Shown here: positions 53,314 through 64,000 of the stretch, in pieces
How the letters are laid out: each line of letters opens with the position of its first letter
Position numbering within the stretch: position 1 is the stretch's first letter
The notes under the pieces: model-generated
What the model was told of the DNA's origin: nothing
Databases searched by the model: none
What the model saw: the letters and a program-made list of their open reading frames with translations, nothing else
Source: Sphaerodactylus townsendi
Lineage: Eukaryota
Direction: 5' to 3'
NCBI RefSeq assembly: GCF_021028975.2
Contig: NC_059428.1
Coordinates: forward strand, 149,048,001 to 149,112,000
DNA length: 64,000 bases
Position numbers and translations under genes: made by a program

Positions 53314-56300
53314 ATGGTGCTCCATCGCAACCAGAAGCTGAATCTGCTGCGGATTGTGGTGCTGCTGACGGTCGCCCTGGCCGGCCTCAAGTTTTTCTTC
53401 CGGGACAGGTGAGTGCTTGGGGGAGGGGGAGGGCGTGCAAGGCCCTAGCTGGGGAGAGCCTGTGGGTGATCCAGAGAGCAGAACTGCCAGATTGAGCTCT
53501 TCTTGGACTGGGTGAAAGGGAGGGTCGCTTCCCCCTCCCCAAACGTCATTGGGGCATCAATAGACTTCTGAGAGACTGTCTAGCTGCAAACTCCATACTT
53601 GTGAACTGCAAGTTTGGTTCCATTCAGTCCCACGGAACAGTGGCTATGATTTGCTGGGCGGAGCAGCTACTGGAGGGAGGATGGGACATGCCAGGCCATC
53701 AATTCCCAGCAGAACGGCAGGGGCTGGGCTGTATTTTTGTGTTCCCAGAATTCTGCCTGCAGCTAGGCAGGCGTCCTGGACTGGCTCATGGGCGGGGCCG
53801 TCTTTGCTGGGGAACCGGGAATTATCCTTGGCCCCGGGAAGAGATCCGCACGCAGCAGATGCTTCTCGCTTGGGGCTTTTCTGTGCTGAGCCGTGTCATT
53901 TGCTCCAGAGGCAGCCTGGCCTCTGAGGCTGCTCTGCTTTCCTTCAGCTGTTCTGCCTCCCCAGAGTTCTGCTTTCTTGTATAATTGAAGGTCTGGTGAC
54001 CTTTAGGCTAGAAAAAATGAGGGGGGAAATTAGGTTTAATTTAGCACTCAGTTTACTAGTGAGACAAGGTCTTCCTAAGGATGTCTACGTAGGATGAAGA
54101 AGAAGAAGAAGAGTTTGGATTTATATCCCCCCTTTCTCTCCTGCAGGAGACTCAAAGGGGCTTACAATCTCCTTTCCCTTCCCCCCTCACAACAAACACC
54201 CTGTGAGGTAGGTGGGGCTGAGAGAGCTCCAAGAAGCTGTGACTAGCCCAAGGTCATCCAGCTGGCGTGTGTGGGAGAGTGCACAGGCTAATCTGAATTC
54301 CCCAGATAAGCCTCCACAGCGCAGGGCCGACAGGAAGCTGAGGAATCAAGCCGGTTCCTCCAAGATTAGATACCACGAGCTCCTTGGCCTCCTGCTGCCA
54401 TGCTGCTGCACACACACACACTGCTGCACACTACGCCACTGCTACACACACACACACACACACACATTCTGTTGGATGTGGCTTCTGGGTCTGAAAACAA
54501 CTTCTTTCTCAACATGGTACCTAAATGGAACCTCCATATTTGGAAGCAGTCTAGCCTGGGGAGTCAGCGGTGAAAAGAGGTAGAATATCAGTGGCTAAAA
54601 ATCTTGAGCCAGATTTGTTCTGGGCATCCTGGAAGGGGTCGTACAGGCAGGGGATGTCCGCTCACCCCCTGTTTCCACACATGCAGCTTCACACTGGATC
54701 AGCGCAAAGACACTAGCGGGGAGAGCGGCTTCTGGGGCAAAGCCGGGGAGCTCAAGCAGTCTGCCAAGCCCTGGGATGGGTTGCCGGCGCTCCTGGAGAC
54801 CAAGGTGGCCGCTGCGGGGCAAGAGAGTCGGAAGCAGCCGGTCTGGGATTTCAGCACCACCCAAATGCGGCTGGTGCATCTTGACCTCAAGGGGGCAGCC
54901 CCCAAAGTGTCTTATTTGGAGCAGGTGAGCAAGGAGAGGGGAGGGAGGGCGCAGAACGTTTCCCTTGCGTCTCTTCTTGCGCGTCTGACAGCGGTGTGAT
55001 TTGCAGGCGTTCTCAGGTGGCGACGCTTCTTGCCATCCCACCTGATGTTAGGTTTCTTTGCCCACTAAAGTGCTGTCCAAAGGTGGGGTTTTTTTTGGGG
55101 GGGGGTCTGCCACCCCAGGCACAGAGGGGGTGCCCAGCCAGCGATGTGACTTCTCCCAGCCCGCAGCCAGAGAATGGCGGTTCTTTTGTGGCATGAGGAA
55201 GCGGGACCGGTCGTATTCCTGTTCCTCCGCAGGTCTTCCCGCTCTTCTCCAAACTGGGCGCCAACGGGATCCTCATTGAATATGAGGACATGTTTCCATT
55301 CAAGGGAGAGCTGGAAGTTTTGAAGTCTCCATATGCTTATAGGTAAGCAGGAATGTTTTTGGGGGAGTAGGGGGGGCTGGGATGGCCGAGTGTCCTCACT
55401 GATGAGGAGATCTTCCAAGAGGCTGCCTGTTTGGTTTGCAAGATAGAGAAGGGTCACGTGACATGAATGTCAGGAGACCCCTGTTGGATCAGGCAGCAGA
55501 GGCCTGCCAAGTGCTTCTCAAGACAGTGGCCACCCAATTCCTCTGGAGGTCCAACAAGAGGGCACTGAGGCCAAGGTTGTCCTCCGATGCGGCCTCCCAG
55601 CCTGTGGAATTCGGAGGAAGAAGAGCAGTTGAGAAGATTGTCCGCTTTTCCAGTCGCGAAGCCCTTCTGAACTTCCTGTGTCTTTGTGTGAGGTCTCCTT
55701 TCCTCTCCTGGCTGGCCATTTGCAGCTGGCTTAGCAGGGCCCTGTAGGGTTTTCAAGGCCGGTGAAGTGCAGAGGGGTTTGCCGTTGCCTGCCGCAGCAA
55801 AGTGACCCTGGACTTCCACGGGGGTCTCCCACCTGAGCACTACCCTGTTCAGCATAAAGATGTGTGAATTCATCTGCCATTTCCTGGACCATCTTTGTTG
55901 CAGGATGCTCCACTTGGGTCCTAGTGCCTTGCGGAGGACAGAACTCGGTAGGCACTAGGACCCAAGCAAAGCATTCCAGGAGAAAGATGGTCCAGGAAGT
56001 GGCAGATGAATTCACACATCTCCTGTCGTCCTTATCCTGAACAGGGTATAACTAAGGCTGGTGCTTCTTAGCTTCCCAGGTCCTATGAGAGGGGGCTGTT
56101 AGCCTCCCCGGCCATCCTCTTCTTAGAGGTGCTCTGGCTTCCTACTTGGACCGGCTCTGGCTTTGGGCCCTGTGGCTGGCCGGCCTGGCACCCCCGCCCG
56201 AGGCTGGCTGGCTGGCTGGCTGGTTCCAAGGGCTGTCCTGTGCTGACCGGCACTCCCGTCTCTTGACAGCGAAGAGGATGTTGAGAGGATCCAGAATCTG

Positions 56301-59300
56301 GCTGAAATCAATAAGCTGGAGGTGATCCCGCTGGTGCAGACCTTTGGGCACGTGGAGGTAAGTGGATCCTCCTTCTCCGCTGACCCCTGGCCAGCTGTGG
56401 CTTCTGCCAGAAGAGCCCTACTGTGGTCTCCGTGGCCAACTAGCCACGGAGGTGGGAGAAGCTGGCTTCAAATCTGGTCAGGCCAGTTCTGGCTCCATGT
56501 GCTGGATGCCGGTTGCTCTTGTGAACAAACAGTTCACGGGGGGGTTTGGGAATGCAGGAAACTGAGGAGACCTTGGGAGACCTAAGTGAACAAGCAGGGC
56601 GAGGGGCAGATCCCGCAGGGCATGGCTGTGGGTCAGCGCCCTTTCTGCCCCCCTCCCAGTTGACTTTGCCCCTGGGCCTTGAATGGCAGATGCAGGCAAA
56701 GAGGCTCTTAGCGAGGACGGAGGAGCCGCAGGCAGGTCCCTTCTCCTGGAGTTCCCTTGCAAACGCACTCCAGCCCCGCTCCCTCGCCCATCCCCTCTGC
56801 TGCTCTCTCGCAGTTCATCCTGAAGCACGACAAGTACCGGCACTTGCGGGAGGTGGAGCGATTCCCCAACAGCTTCAACCCCCACGTCCCGGAGACGCTG
56901 GCCGTTCTGAAGGCCCTGATCACCCAGGTGCTGAGCAAGCACAGGCGCTCCAGCTGGGTGCACATTGGGGCCGATGAGGTAAGGGGAGCCCCCTTCTCCC
57001 CCACCCACACCAACCTCCTACTTTCTTGCAGGGCCGTTGAGCCCCCTGACCCCACCTGGGTCCAGGCCAGCCCGTGACCCACCCCAGTGACCCCTGAGTC
57101 CCCTTTCCTCTCTTCCCAGGTCTTCCACTTAGGGGAGGGGATGGATTCCAAGAACTGGCTGAGCCGCAATGCCGGCGACGTGGGCAAGATGTTCCTGAAC
57201 CACATCCGGGAGGTGGTGGACTTCATTGCCAGCCAGGACTGGGGGTTCCAGGTGCTCATGTGGGACGACATGCTCCGCAAGGTCAGCGTGGCAGCTGTCC
57301 AAGGTGAGCCTCTGGCTGCTCTGACCCCTGCACAGCCGCGGAGTTGAAGTCCCCTGCAGAGAGAGGCTGAGCTGCTCTGATGTCACGGAAGGGCTGAGCG
57401 GCTCTGATTGTAGAGAAGGGGGTGCTGGGAGGTCTCCAAAAAAGATGGGGAGAAGAGGTGGGAGCCCAGGGAATTGTGGGTCTTGGGCGGGGGCAGGTTA
57501 AGAAGGCACAAGCGTGGAAGGAGGGATGGCCCAGAGAGAGGAGACCCAAAGGAAGCATCTGAAAGAGAGAGAATGTTTAAAAGGAGACAAGAACACGCAG
57601 AGGCAAAGAAGGCAGACATTTGAGTATTGGGTCGATTCCCCACGGACAATTAGTCGCATGGAACTCACATGAAAAAAAGAGGTTTCAGGCATGCCTCCTC
57701 ACTGCTTGAGCGACGAAGGGGGTTTCTTCCCGGCTCTGTCACTCGTCTCCCCCCTTGTGTTTTTGCCGTACCAAGTTGGAAGTACAACTTTTTGTGTTGC
57801 CACAGTTCTTTTCTGTCTCGGGGGCGGGGGGGCTAATCCTCGCTATTTTCCCGCCCTGGAGAGTGACGCAGATCCCGGCAGTGAGGAGTTTGAAACCCTG
57901 ATGCAGTTCATTTTTAAACTTGGTTTAAACTACATTTAATTTCCAGTGGGGAATCGGCCTTGGTTCGAAATGGCCTTCCAGACCCTTGGGCTGGAAGGTT
58001 CTAATCCATAAGGCATTGTTTGAGGAAGCTAATTTCCTCCCACCTTTTGTGTATTTTTTGTGTTGCAGACTCCGGTATCGCCCAGCACGCTTCTCCCATG
58101 TTATGGTTTTATGCTCCAAACTTTGATGCACAACAAATAGGTAATGGGGCAGGTGGGGTGTGTTTATATGTGTGTTTATTATTTTATGTGTATTTATTAG
58201 ATTTTATTTATATCCTGCCCTAACTGACAGAGGCCAGGCGCAGGGCAGCCTACAGACATGCTAAAATACATAATATAAAACAAGAAAAGTGATATCTCTT
58301 CCTAAAACCCTAAAAGATGGCAAAACAATAAGCAGTCCTATGAAAAACCCGCCTCCCCCATCTCGACACCCCCCCCCCTCTTGTCTGAGGACCGTCTCAG
58401 CCTGGGGAGAAGGAGGGGAGCAGCGCCAAATACGTTGTATGTGTTAGCCAATAGCATTTGGTTGGTCGGTCGGTCGGTTGGTCAGTCGGGTGGGTGGGAG
58501 GGAGGCCGGCCAATAGAATGTGTACAGACGGTGGGTAGATGGATGGCCTCATCCAAAGGCCTGGTGGAACATCTCTGTCTTGTAGGCTCTACAGACCTGT
58601 TTAAGGTTCTGCAGGGCGCTGGTGTCAACTGACAGAGAGTTCCACCAGGCAGTGTGTGTGCACAAGGTTGTCGGATCAAGGGCTGTCTCAGTAGTTGTGG
58701 GCCTGTGTTTATTCCCGAGGAAAGGACTCACTCGGGGGCTTCCTCAGCCACTCCTGTGGTCCTCTCTCCGAGGCTTTGGCATGCAATGTTCCCATATGTT
58801 TGAGCTGCTCTCAGTACTTGCCTTTGTGGAAGTAAAGCCCCCACAACACAATGGGCCTTTCTCCCAAGTAAGTGGATCTTAAGAGCCTTTGAAAATGGAG
58901 GCTGAATTTCCTGAGGGGCTGCTCGTAGGTGATGCACTTGCAGAATTTCCAAGCGCTGTGAAGCACCTTGGGCAGCAGTTGGCACTAACCCGAAACATAA
59001 CCGGAGCGGGCGTGCCACACTATGACGGCCGTGGTCTCTTGCCTTTCCTCCTTGCAGGGAAATACGTCTCCAAATACGCCGAGTGTGGCTTCAAGACCAT
59101 CTGGTTTGCCAGCGCCTTCAAAGGCACCACCGGCCCTGCTCAGGCCTGGACCCCTCTGCACCATCACCTCCAGAACCACCTGCAGTGGCTGAGCGTCATG
59201 CGGTCCGTGGCCAAGGCCCCCTCCACGAGGCTCCAGGGCATCGCGCTGACCGGCTGGCAGAGGCGAGGCCTGACGCTGGGTCTTCTGGGAAGGGCTGGCG

Positions 59301-62300
59301 GTGGCCAGGGAGCTCGCGTTCTGCCATCGACATCCCGTGGGGATCACAGGAGAAGGGCCCCCCCCCCCACTTCTGGCCTCTGAGAACTGCCTGCAGTTAT
59401 TCTGCAAAGCACCCCATAGCATTCAGAGAGTCATTCTAGCTCCTGCACGTATTCCAGGCCTAGGTCCTGGCAGGGAAATAGGGGCTGGAACTCTGATAAA
59501 AATCGGCGGGTTCTGGGCGTTTGTGTGCCGCCTTTCCACCCAAATAGAGTCTTCACAGCGGGCCCCTCTGGTGAGACTGGAGCTGCTTGGGAAAAAACAG
59601 GGTTTGTCAAACTGGCCTTTAGCATGTGTGTAGAGACGGGGTCTGTGATCTCGGAAGGGTTTGCCCCTATTCCTCCGCCTACCAACAGCCAGTGAGGTAT
59701 AACGTGTAAGAGTGGTGGACTCTCATCTGGAGAACTGGGTTTGTTTCCCTGCTCCTACACATGAATACCTTGGACCAGACCCAGTCCTCTGCAAACTCTC
59801 TCAGCCCCACTGCCTCACAAGGCATCTGTTGCAGGGAAAGGAAGGGAAGGAGCTTGTAAGCTGCTTTGAGAACTCCTAAGAGTTGAGAAAAGCAGGATAT
59901 ACATCCAAATTCCTCTTCTTCTCAAGGGGGGGCTTGAATCAGAAGGATATTTGCTGCAGCTTCACAGGGTCAAACCAAGCGAAAGGAAGGTCGTCTGGAT
60001 GCGTGTTGAGTGGGTTTTGGTGAAGAGCACCACCACAGTCACACTCCCTGGGGCTGCAGGTGGGAAACCCTTTAGCCTCCCACCCCACAGTGTAACAGCT
60101 GACCTCTCTCCCCCTCTGCTCCCCAGGTACGACCACTACTCGGCCCTGTGTGAACTTCTTCCTGTTGGCATCCCGTCCCTGGCTGTGTGTCTGCAGACTC
60201 TGGTGAATGGTGAGGGGGCTGAGCTGGGAACAAATGTGGGAGACGTGGGCCGGAAGGGACTGCCCTGTGCTGCTCAGCCTGAGGTATGGCGGCAGCGGCA
60301 ACTTTCCAGAGAGAGGAAAACAGGGAGGTTGTTCCAGGTTACTTTCATCCTGCCTGCAAATCCTGCAGAAAGGAGTCAGGACCCGCGGGGCAGTGGCGGG
60401 AGGAGGGTGCATTTTGTGTCAGGTTGTGCTGCCTGGTTGAGGCAGGGGAGAGTCACTTCCTAACCCCCAGTGACGAATGAGCTCAATAAAAGGTGATCCC
60501 TGAACAGGTGAATGGCATTGTTTGTTTTTAAGGGAAGGGCCATGATTCACAGGTAAGGCACCCTCTTGACGTGAAGAGCCATAGGTCCTGCATTCAGGTC
60601 CTAGCAACACCCACGAAAAGGATTTCAGGGTGGTGGGCAGTGGGTATTGGGAAGGGGTTTTTCGCTGCTCCCAGCCCTGAAGAGTAGCTGCTTACCAGAA
60701 AGGACTGTGGCCAAACTCTGTGCGGGACTTATATGCTTATATTCGCTTATTCGTGCTGTATTCGTGACTAGCGTGAAGCATCGGTGGTCTGGGATTGGGT
60801 GGGCAAATCTTCTCTAAAGATAGGAGATGCGACTTTCTGCATCAGAGTGTGGTTCTAGATCTGCAGGGCTCAGGGGCATGTCAAGATGGCTTGGTGAAAA
60901 GGATTGTTAAAAATCTTTGCTGGCAGACTGATTTATTTATTTGTTTGTTTAAAATATGATTTTCCTGTCTTTCTGCTCAGCATTTTAGGTTCCCAGGGAA
61001 CAAGGGGTGGGCAGGGGGCTCTAATCTTTACCTCCCCAACTGCTTTCTCACTGGAGAAAGTTAGCTCCATCGTTTGGGGGAAGAAACGGTTTGTGGCGGA
61101 GTCAGGGGGGGTTGAGATTGCCAGTGAGAAAACAGCAAGGGAGGAAAAAGTTAGCTTCTCTCTTCCCCACGCCCTTCTCACCTTTGAGGAAGCCGTTCTG
61201 CCAGCTGAATTTGCATGGGGAAAAAGTGCTGCTTAAAAGAAAGGCGGGAGAAATTGCAGCGAGAAGCTCAGCTCTTCGCCCCGCTGCCGCCCCTGCGAGG
61301 TGGTTCTGAACCCTGCATTCCAACGCTTGCCAGACCTGTGCAAAATGATGGGTGGCTTTTCTTCCCGCCCACCCCCTCCCCCTCCCCCTCAGGTGGGTTT
61401 AATGAAGCCGCCAAAAAGAAGGTCTTGGAGATTCTGGGCTTCCAGAGCCTGCAGCTGGAGAAGAGCACCTGGTGAGTGGAGTGGGGGGCCACTTCCCTCC
61501 TGGCTATTGGGGGCAAAGCCGGGGCCGATGAGATCAGCTGTGGCTCGGGATAAAGCATCTTGTCGGCATGCAGATGGTCCCAGGGTCAATCTCCACCATC
61601 TCCACTTGAAACGGTCAGGTAGCAGGTGGTCATAGAATCATAGAGTTGGAAGAGACCCCAAGAAGGACCATCCAGTCCAACCCCCTGCCATGCAGGAACA
61701 CACAGTCAAAGCACTCCTAACATATTCTCATCCAGCCATCCAGCCTCTCTTGAAAAACCTCCAAAGAAGGAGACTCCACCACACTCTGAAGTGGTGCATT
61801 CCACTGTCGAACAGCCCTGACGGTCAGGAAGTTTTTTCTGATGTTTAGGTGGAATCTTTTCCCCTTGAACCCATGACTCCTGGTCCTCGTCTCTGGAGCA
61901 GCAGAAAACTGGCTTGCTCCCTCACCAACATGACATCCCTTCAGATATCTAAACATGGCCATCATGTCCCCTCTTAACCTTCTCTTCTCCAAATTGAACA
62001 TCCCCAGCTCCCTCAGTCTCTCCTCCTAAGGCTTGGATTCCAGACCTTTGACCATTTTGGTTGCCCTCCTCTGGACCCATCCCAGCTTGATGTGAAAGTC
62101 CTCAGCCGGAGACGCTGGAGAGCTGCTGCCCGTCAGAGTAGACAGCACTGACTTGAATGGCTGGAAGCTCTGGCTCAGGATCAGGCAGCCTCAGGTGTCC
62201 TGTTTGTGTTAAGTAAGGAGGGAGCAAGCAGAGACGTTGGCCAAGCCACACTGAGAGAAGGCACCTTAGCTACCTGTAGGGCGTCAGACTTGGGTGGCCC

Positions 62301-63528
62301 AGACTAGCCTAATTTTGTCAGATCTCAGAGGCTAAGCAAGGTTGGCCCTAGTTAATTCTCAGGTAGGGACCACCAGAGAAGTCCAGCCCAATTCTCTGCT
62401 TCTCCTCTTGGGGGGTGCTCAGGGCCTTTTGCCGAATGGCCCCCAAATATGGTGCTTGGTAAACTGTGGATTGAGACCTTGGAAGGGGAAAGCACCGGCA
62501 AGTCACGGCTGGCTTATTATGGCGACTCGTGAAAGAAGCCTGGGTTCAGCCTCGTGCTCGTGTTTCCTGCATTCCCGATTCGGCAGAGTCACCCAAAAGG
62601 CCTAAGTGGCTGCTCCGAGGGGCCAGTGGTGCGTCGGGGTGGCTGGGCAGGGGGGTCGTTTGCAGCCCTTTTCTCTCTGCCCCTGTCCCGATTGCTGAGC
62701 CAGCTTAAAACTCAGCCCCCCAACCCCAACCCCTTTGTGTCTTCCAGTGTGGGCAGCGGGGCCTTCCCCGGCTTGGATATCTATCGCATGGTTGAGCAGG
62801 TGAACAGCCAGCTGAAAGACTCTGTCCTCAAAGTCCTGGAAGAGGAGAGGTAGCCATTCTCTACAGGGGTGGGGGGAGGGGCCAGAGCAAAGGGCCGGGG
62901 GCGCTGCTGGGTTAACTGTGCCTCTCTGGAGGCTGCGGCCCTGCTTGCCCTGCCTGCCCTGCCGCAAGCCCAGGTCCCTTCCGGTCCTTCCTGCCAGAAG
63001 AAAGACATCTCAGGTGGCTGGGAGGGAAGATGACTCGGAGGCAGCGTGGGGGTGGGGGTGATGTTGGGGGGGCAGGGAAGTCAGAGCAGCAAGCTGCCTC
63101 TCCCAGGTTGCCCCCAAAAGCAAATCTGCGCTGCTCCGTCCAGCCCCCCACCTCCCATTTGCTCAGCCGCTCTGCTTGGCTTAGAGTATGTCAGATCCCT
63201 GCTCATTCCCCCTGTTAAAAACCCTCTTGCAGTCACCCGGGTGAGATCAGTTCAAGCCAAAGGTCTGGATTTGCTGGTGCCCTCAGAGGGACTCATCTTT
63301 GGGTGGAGTGGGCTGGTTAGCAGAGGAGCGCTTTCCCCCGTGCTTTGGCCCCCTTAGCAGTCTAATGGTGATTTTTGTCTCTCTTTCCCCCTGCCGCCCC
63401 GCCCCCCCCTCAGTTCCATTAAGGGATGGTTTAGCCCATATCACCGAAAGCACCTGTTCGGCAACCAGCATGCAACGCATGCGGAGAGAGCTTACAGGCA
63501 AGCAAAGAAATGCATCAAAGTCGTTTGA
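53314..63528 (+). CDS. Hexosaminidase D-like (GH20) protein with an N-terminal hydrophobic anchor; 3' end probably beyond the window
   Basis: Exons 53314-53408, 54687-54924, 55233-55342, 56270-56357, 56814-56978, 57120-57303, 58069-58140, 59058-59262 (GC donor), 60127-60209, 61393-61471, 62748-62849 and 63414-(63528), all phase-consistent. HEXD-family motifs [27 protein letters not shown], catalytic HIGADE, WDDMLR, ASAFKG, LTGWQRYDH and GWFSPYHR. Confidence 0.93.
54097..54409 (-). mobile_element. CORE SINE (Squam3-like, long subfamily), followed by an interrupted CA repeat to ~54467
   Basis: Reverse complement of the 2618 copy, including the internal ggctaatctgaattccccagataagcc hairpin and the (GAA)n tail. 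Confidence 0.87.
55740..56106 (-). mobile_element. 5S-derived SINE interrupted by a MITE
   Basis: The SINE body at 55740-55842 (gtagggttttcaaggc...ggtctccca) resumes after 56048 (cttagcttcc). Confidence 0.6.
55843..56046. mobile_element. Palindromic Tc1/mariner-type MITE with TA TSD
   Basis: ta|ccctgttcag...ctgaacaggg|ta. Internal arms agatgtgtgaattcatctgcca.ttcctggaccatcttt and aaagatggtccaggaa.tggcagatgaattcacacatct. Confidence 0.8.
58185..58900 (-). mobile_element. Old L2-like LINE 3' fragment
   Basis: AT-rich tail tttattagattttattatatcctgccc and the body segment ccaaaggcctggtggaaca...gagagttccacca resemble antisense squamate L2 3' ends. Boundaries are approximate. Confidence 0.45.
59686..59922 (+). 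mobile_element. CORE SINE (Squam3-like)
   Basis: aagagtggtggactct.atctggagaactgggtttg...ctctctcagcccc...ggagcttgtaagc...catccaaattcctcttcttc. Confidence 0.8.
61631..62089 (-). mobile_element. CR1 LINE 3' fragment nested inside a tRNA SINE
   Basis: catagaatcatag 3' motif. ORF 61717-62001 ([10 protein letters not shown]...[26 protein letters not shown]) is the CR1 ORF2 C-terminus. Host SINE halves lie at ~61536-61630 and 62090-~62195. Confidence 0.9.
62296..62390 (+). mobile_element. 5S-derived SINE head
   Basis: tcagatctcagaggctaagcaaggttggccctagtta...gaccaccagagaa resembles the 5S rRNA internal control region, with many substitutions. Confidence 0.6.
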
Positions 63529-63611
63529 AAAAAGCTGAAAGGAAAAGAGGTTGTGTGGGGAGGGTCAGCTGGAAACGGGGTCTTTCTCACTCTGGTCGGT
63601 GAGGGATGACC

Positions 63612-63856
63612 CAGCGTGGTGTCGTTGTTGACAGCGGTGGACTCTTACCTGGTGAACCGAGTTTGTTTCCCTGCTCCTGCACATGAAGCCTGCAGGGTGG
63701 CCTTGGGCCACTCATAGTTAACTCAAGACTCTCTCAGCCCCACCGGCCTCACAAGGTGTCTGTTGTGGGGAGAGGGAGGGAAAGGAGCTTGTAAGCCACC
63801 TTGAGTCTTCTTACAGGACAGAAAAGTGGGGTATAAATCCAAACTCTTCTTCTTTC
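63612..63856 (+). mobile_element. CORE SINE (Squam3-like)
   Basis: cagcgtggtg head, ctctctcagccccacc..cctcacaaggtgtctgttgtgggg body and ataaatccaaactcttcttc tail. Confidence 0.85.
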
Positions 63857-64000
63857 CCATGATGCAGTCTGAACTGGGGAATTGGGGGCGGGGGTGCTTG
63901 CAGCTGGCGGGGAGAATAGAAATGTGTTGGCCTGGAAAGCAACATTGTTTTTTTCCCAAAATTATGTACCTGCTACGTGTGAGCTCCAAGAGGCAGAGGT

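Noticed and set aside
62296-62390. 5S rRNA gene; likewise tRNA genes at SINE heads
   Set aside because: Heavily diverged, partial and attached to SINE bodies, so not functional RNA genes.

Overview
This is a gene-dense, intron-containing vertebrate genomic window, almost certainly from a squamate and probably a gecko, judging by its SINE, CR1 and hAT repeats. I hand-spliced exons using GT-AG boundaries and phase checks. The gene order is: GRID2IP/delphilin 5' part (-), including a 14-nt alternative first exon encoding MSCLG; ZDHHC4 (+); E4F1 (-); PGP (+); BRICD5 (+); MLST8 (-); and a hexosaminidase D-like GH20 gene (+) that probably continues past the window end. There is one 250-N gap at 13612-13861. 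Notable observations: (1) The HEXD-like gene has a 91-aa N-terminal extension with a hydrophobic anchor, suggesting a secretory-pathway paralogue that shares a bidirectional promoter with MLST8. (2) A 2.86-kb non-autonomous hAT element with a perfect 8-bp TSD contains a ~2-kb palindrome built from nested hairpins and lies in the intron specific to long delphilin. (3) Delphilin has an extra intact PDZ domain in exon 1. (4) A perfectly palindromic bidirectional poly(A) site is shared by ZDHHC4 and E4F1, at a junction that is split between 7p22 and 16p13.3 in human. (5) A SPIN-type MITE carries MIR-like filler. Three exons (MLST8, E4F1, HEXD-like) are locally garbled in a way that looks like long-read insertion error. 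All orthologue comparisons are from memory; no database search was run.
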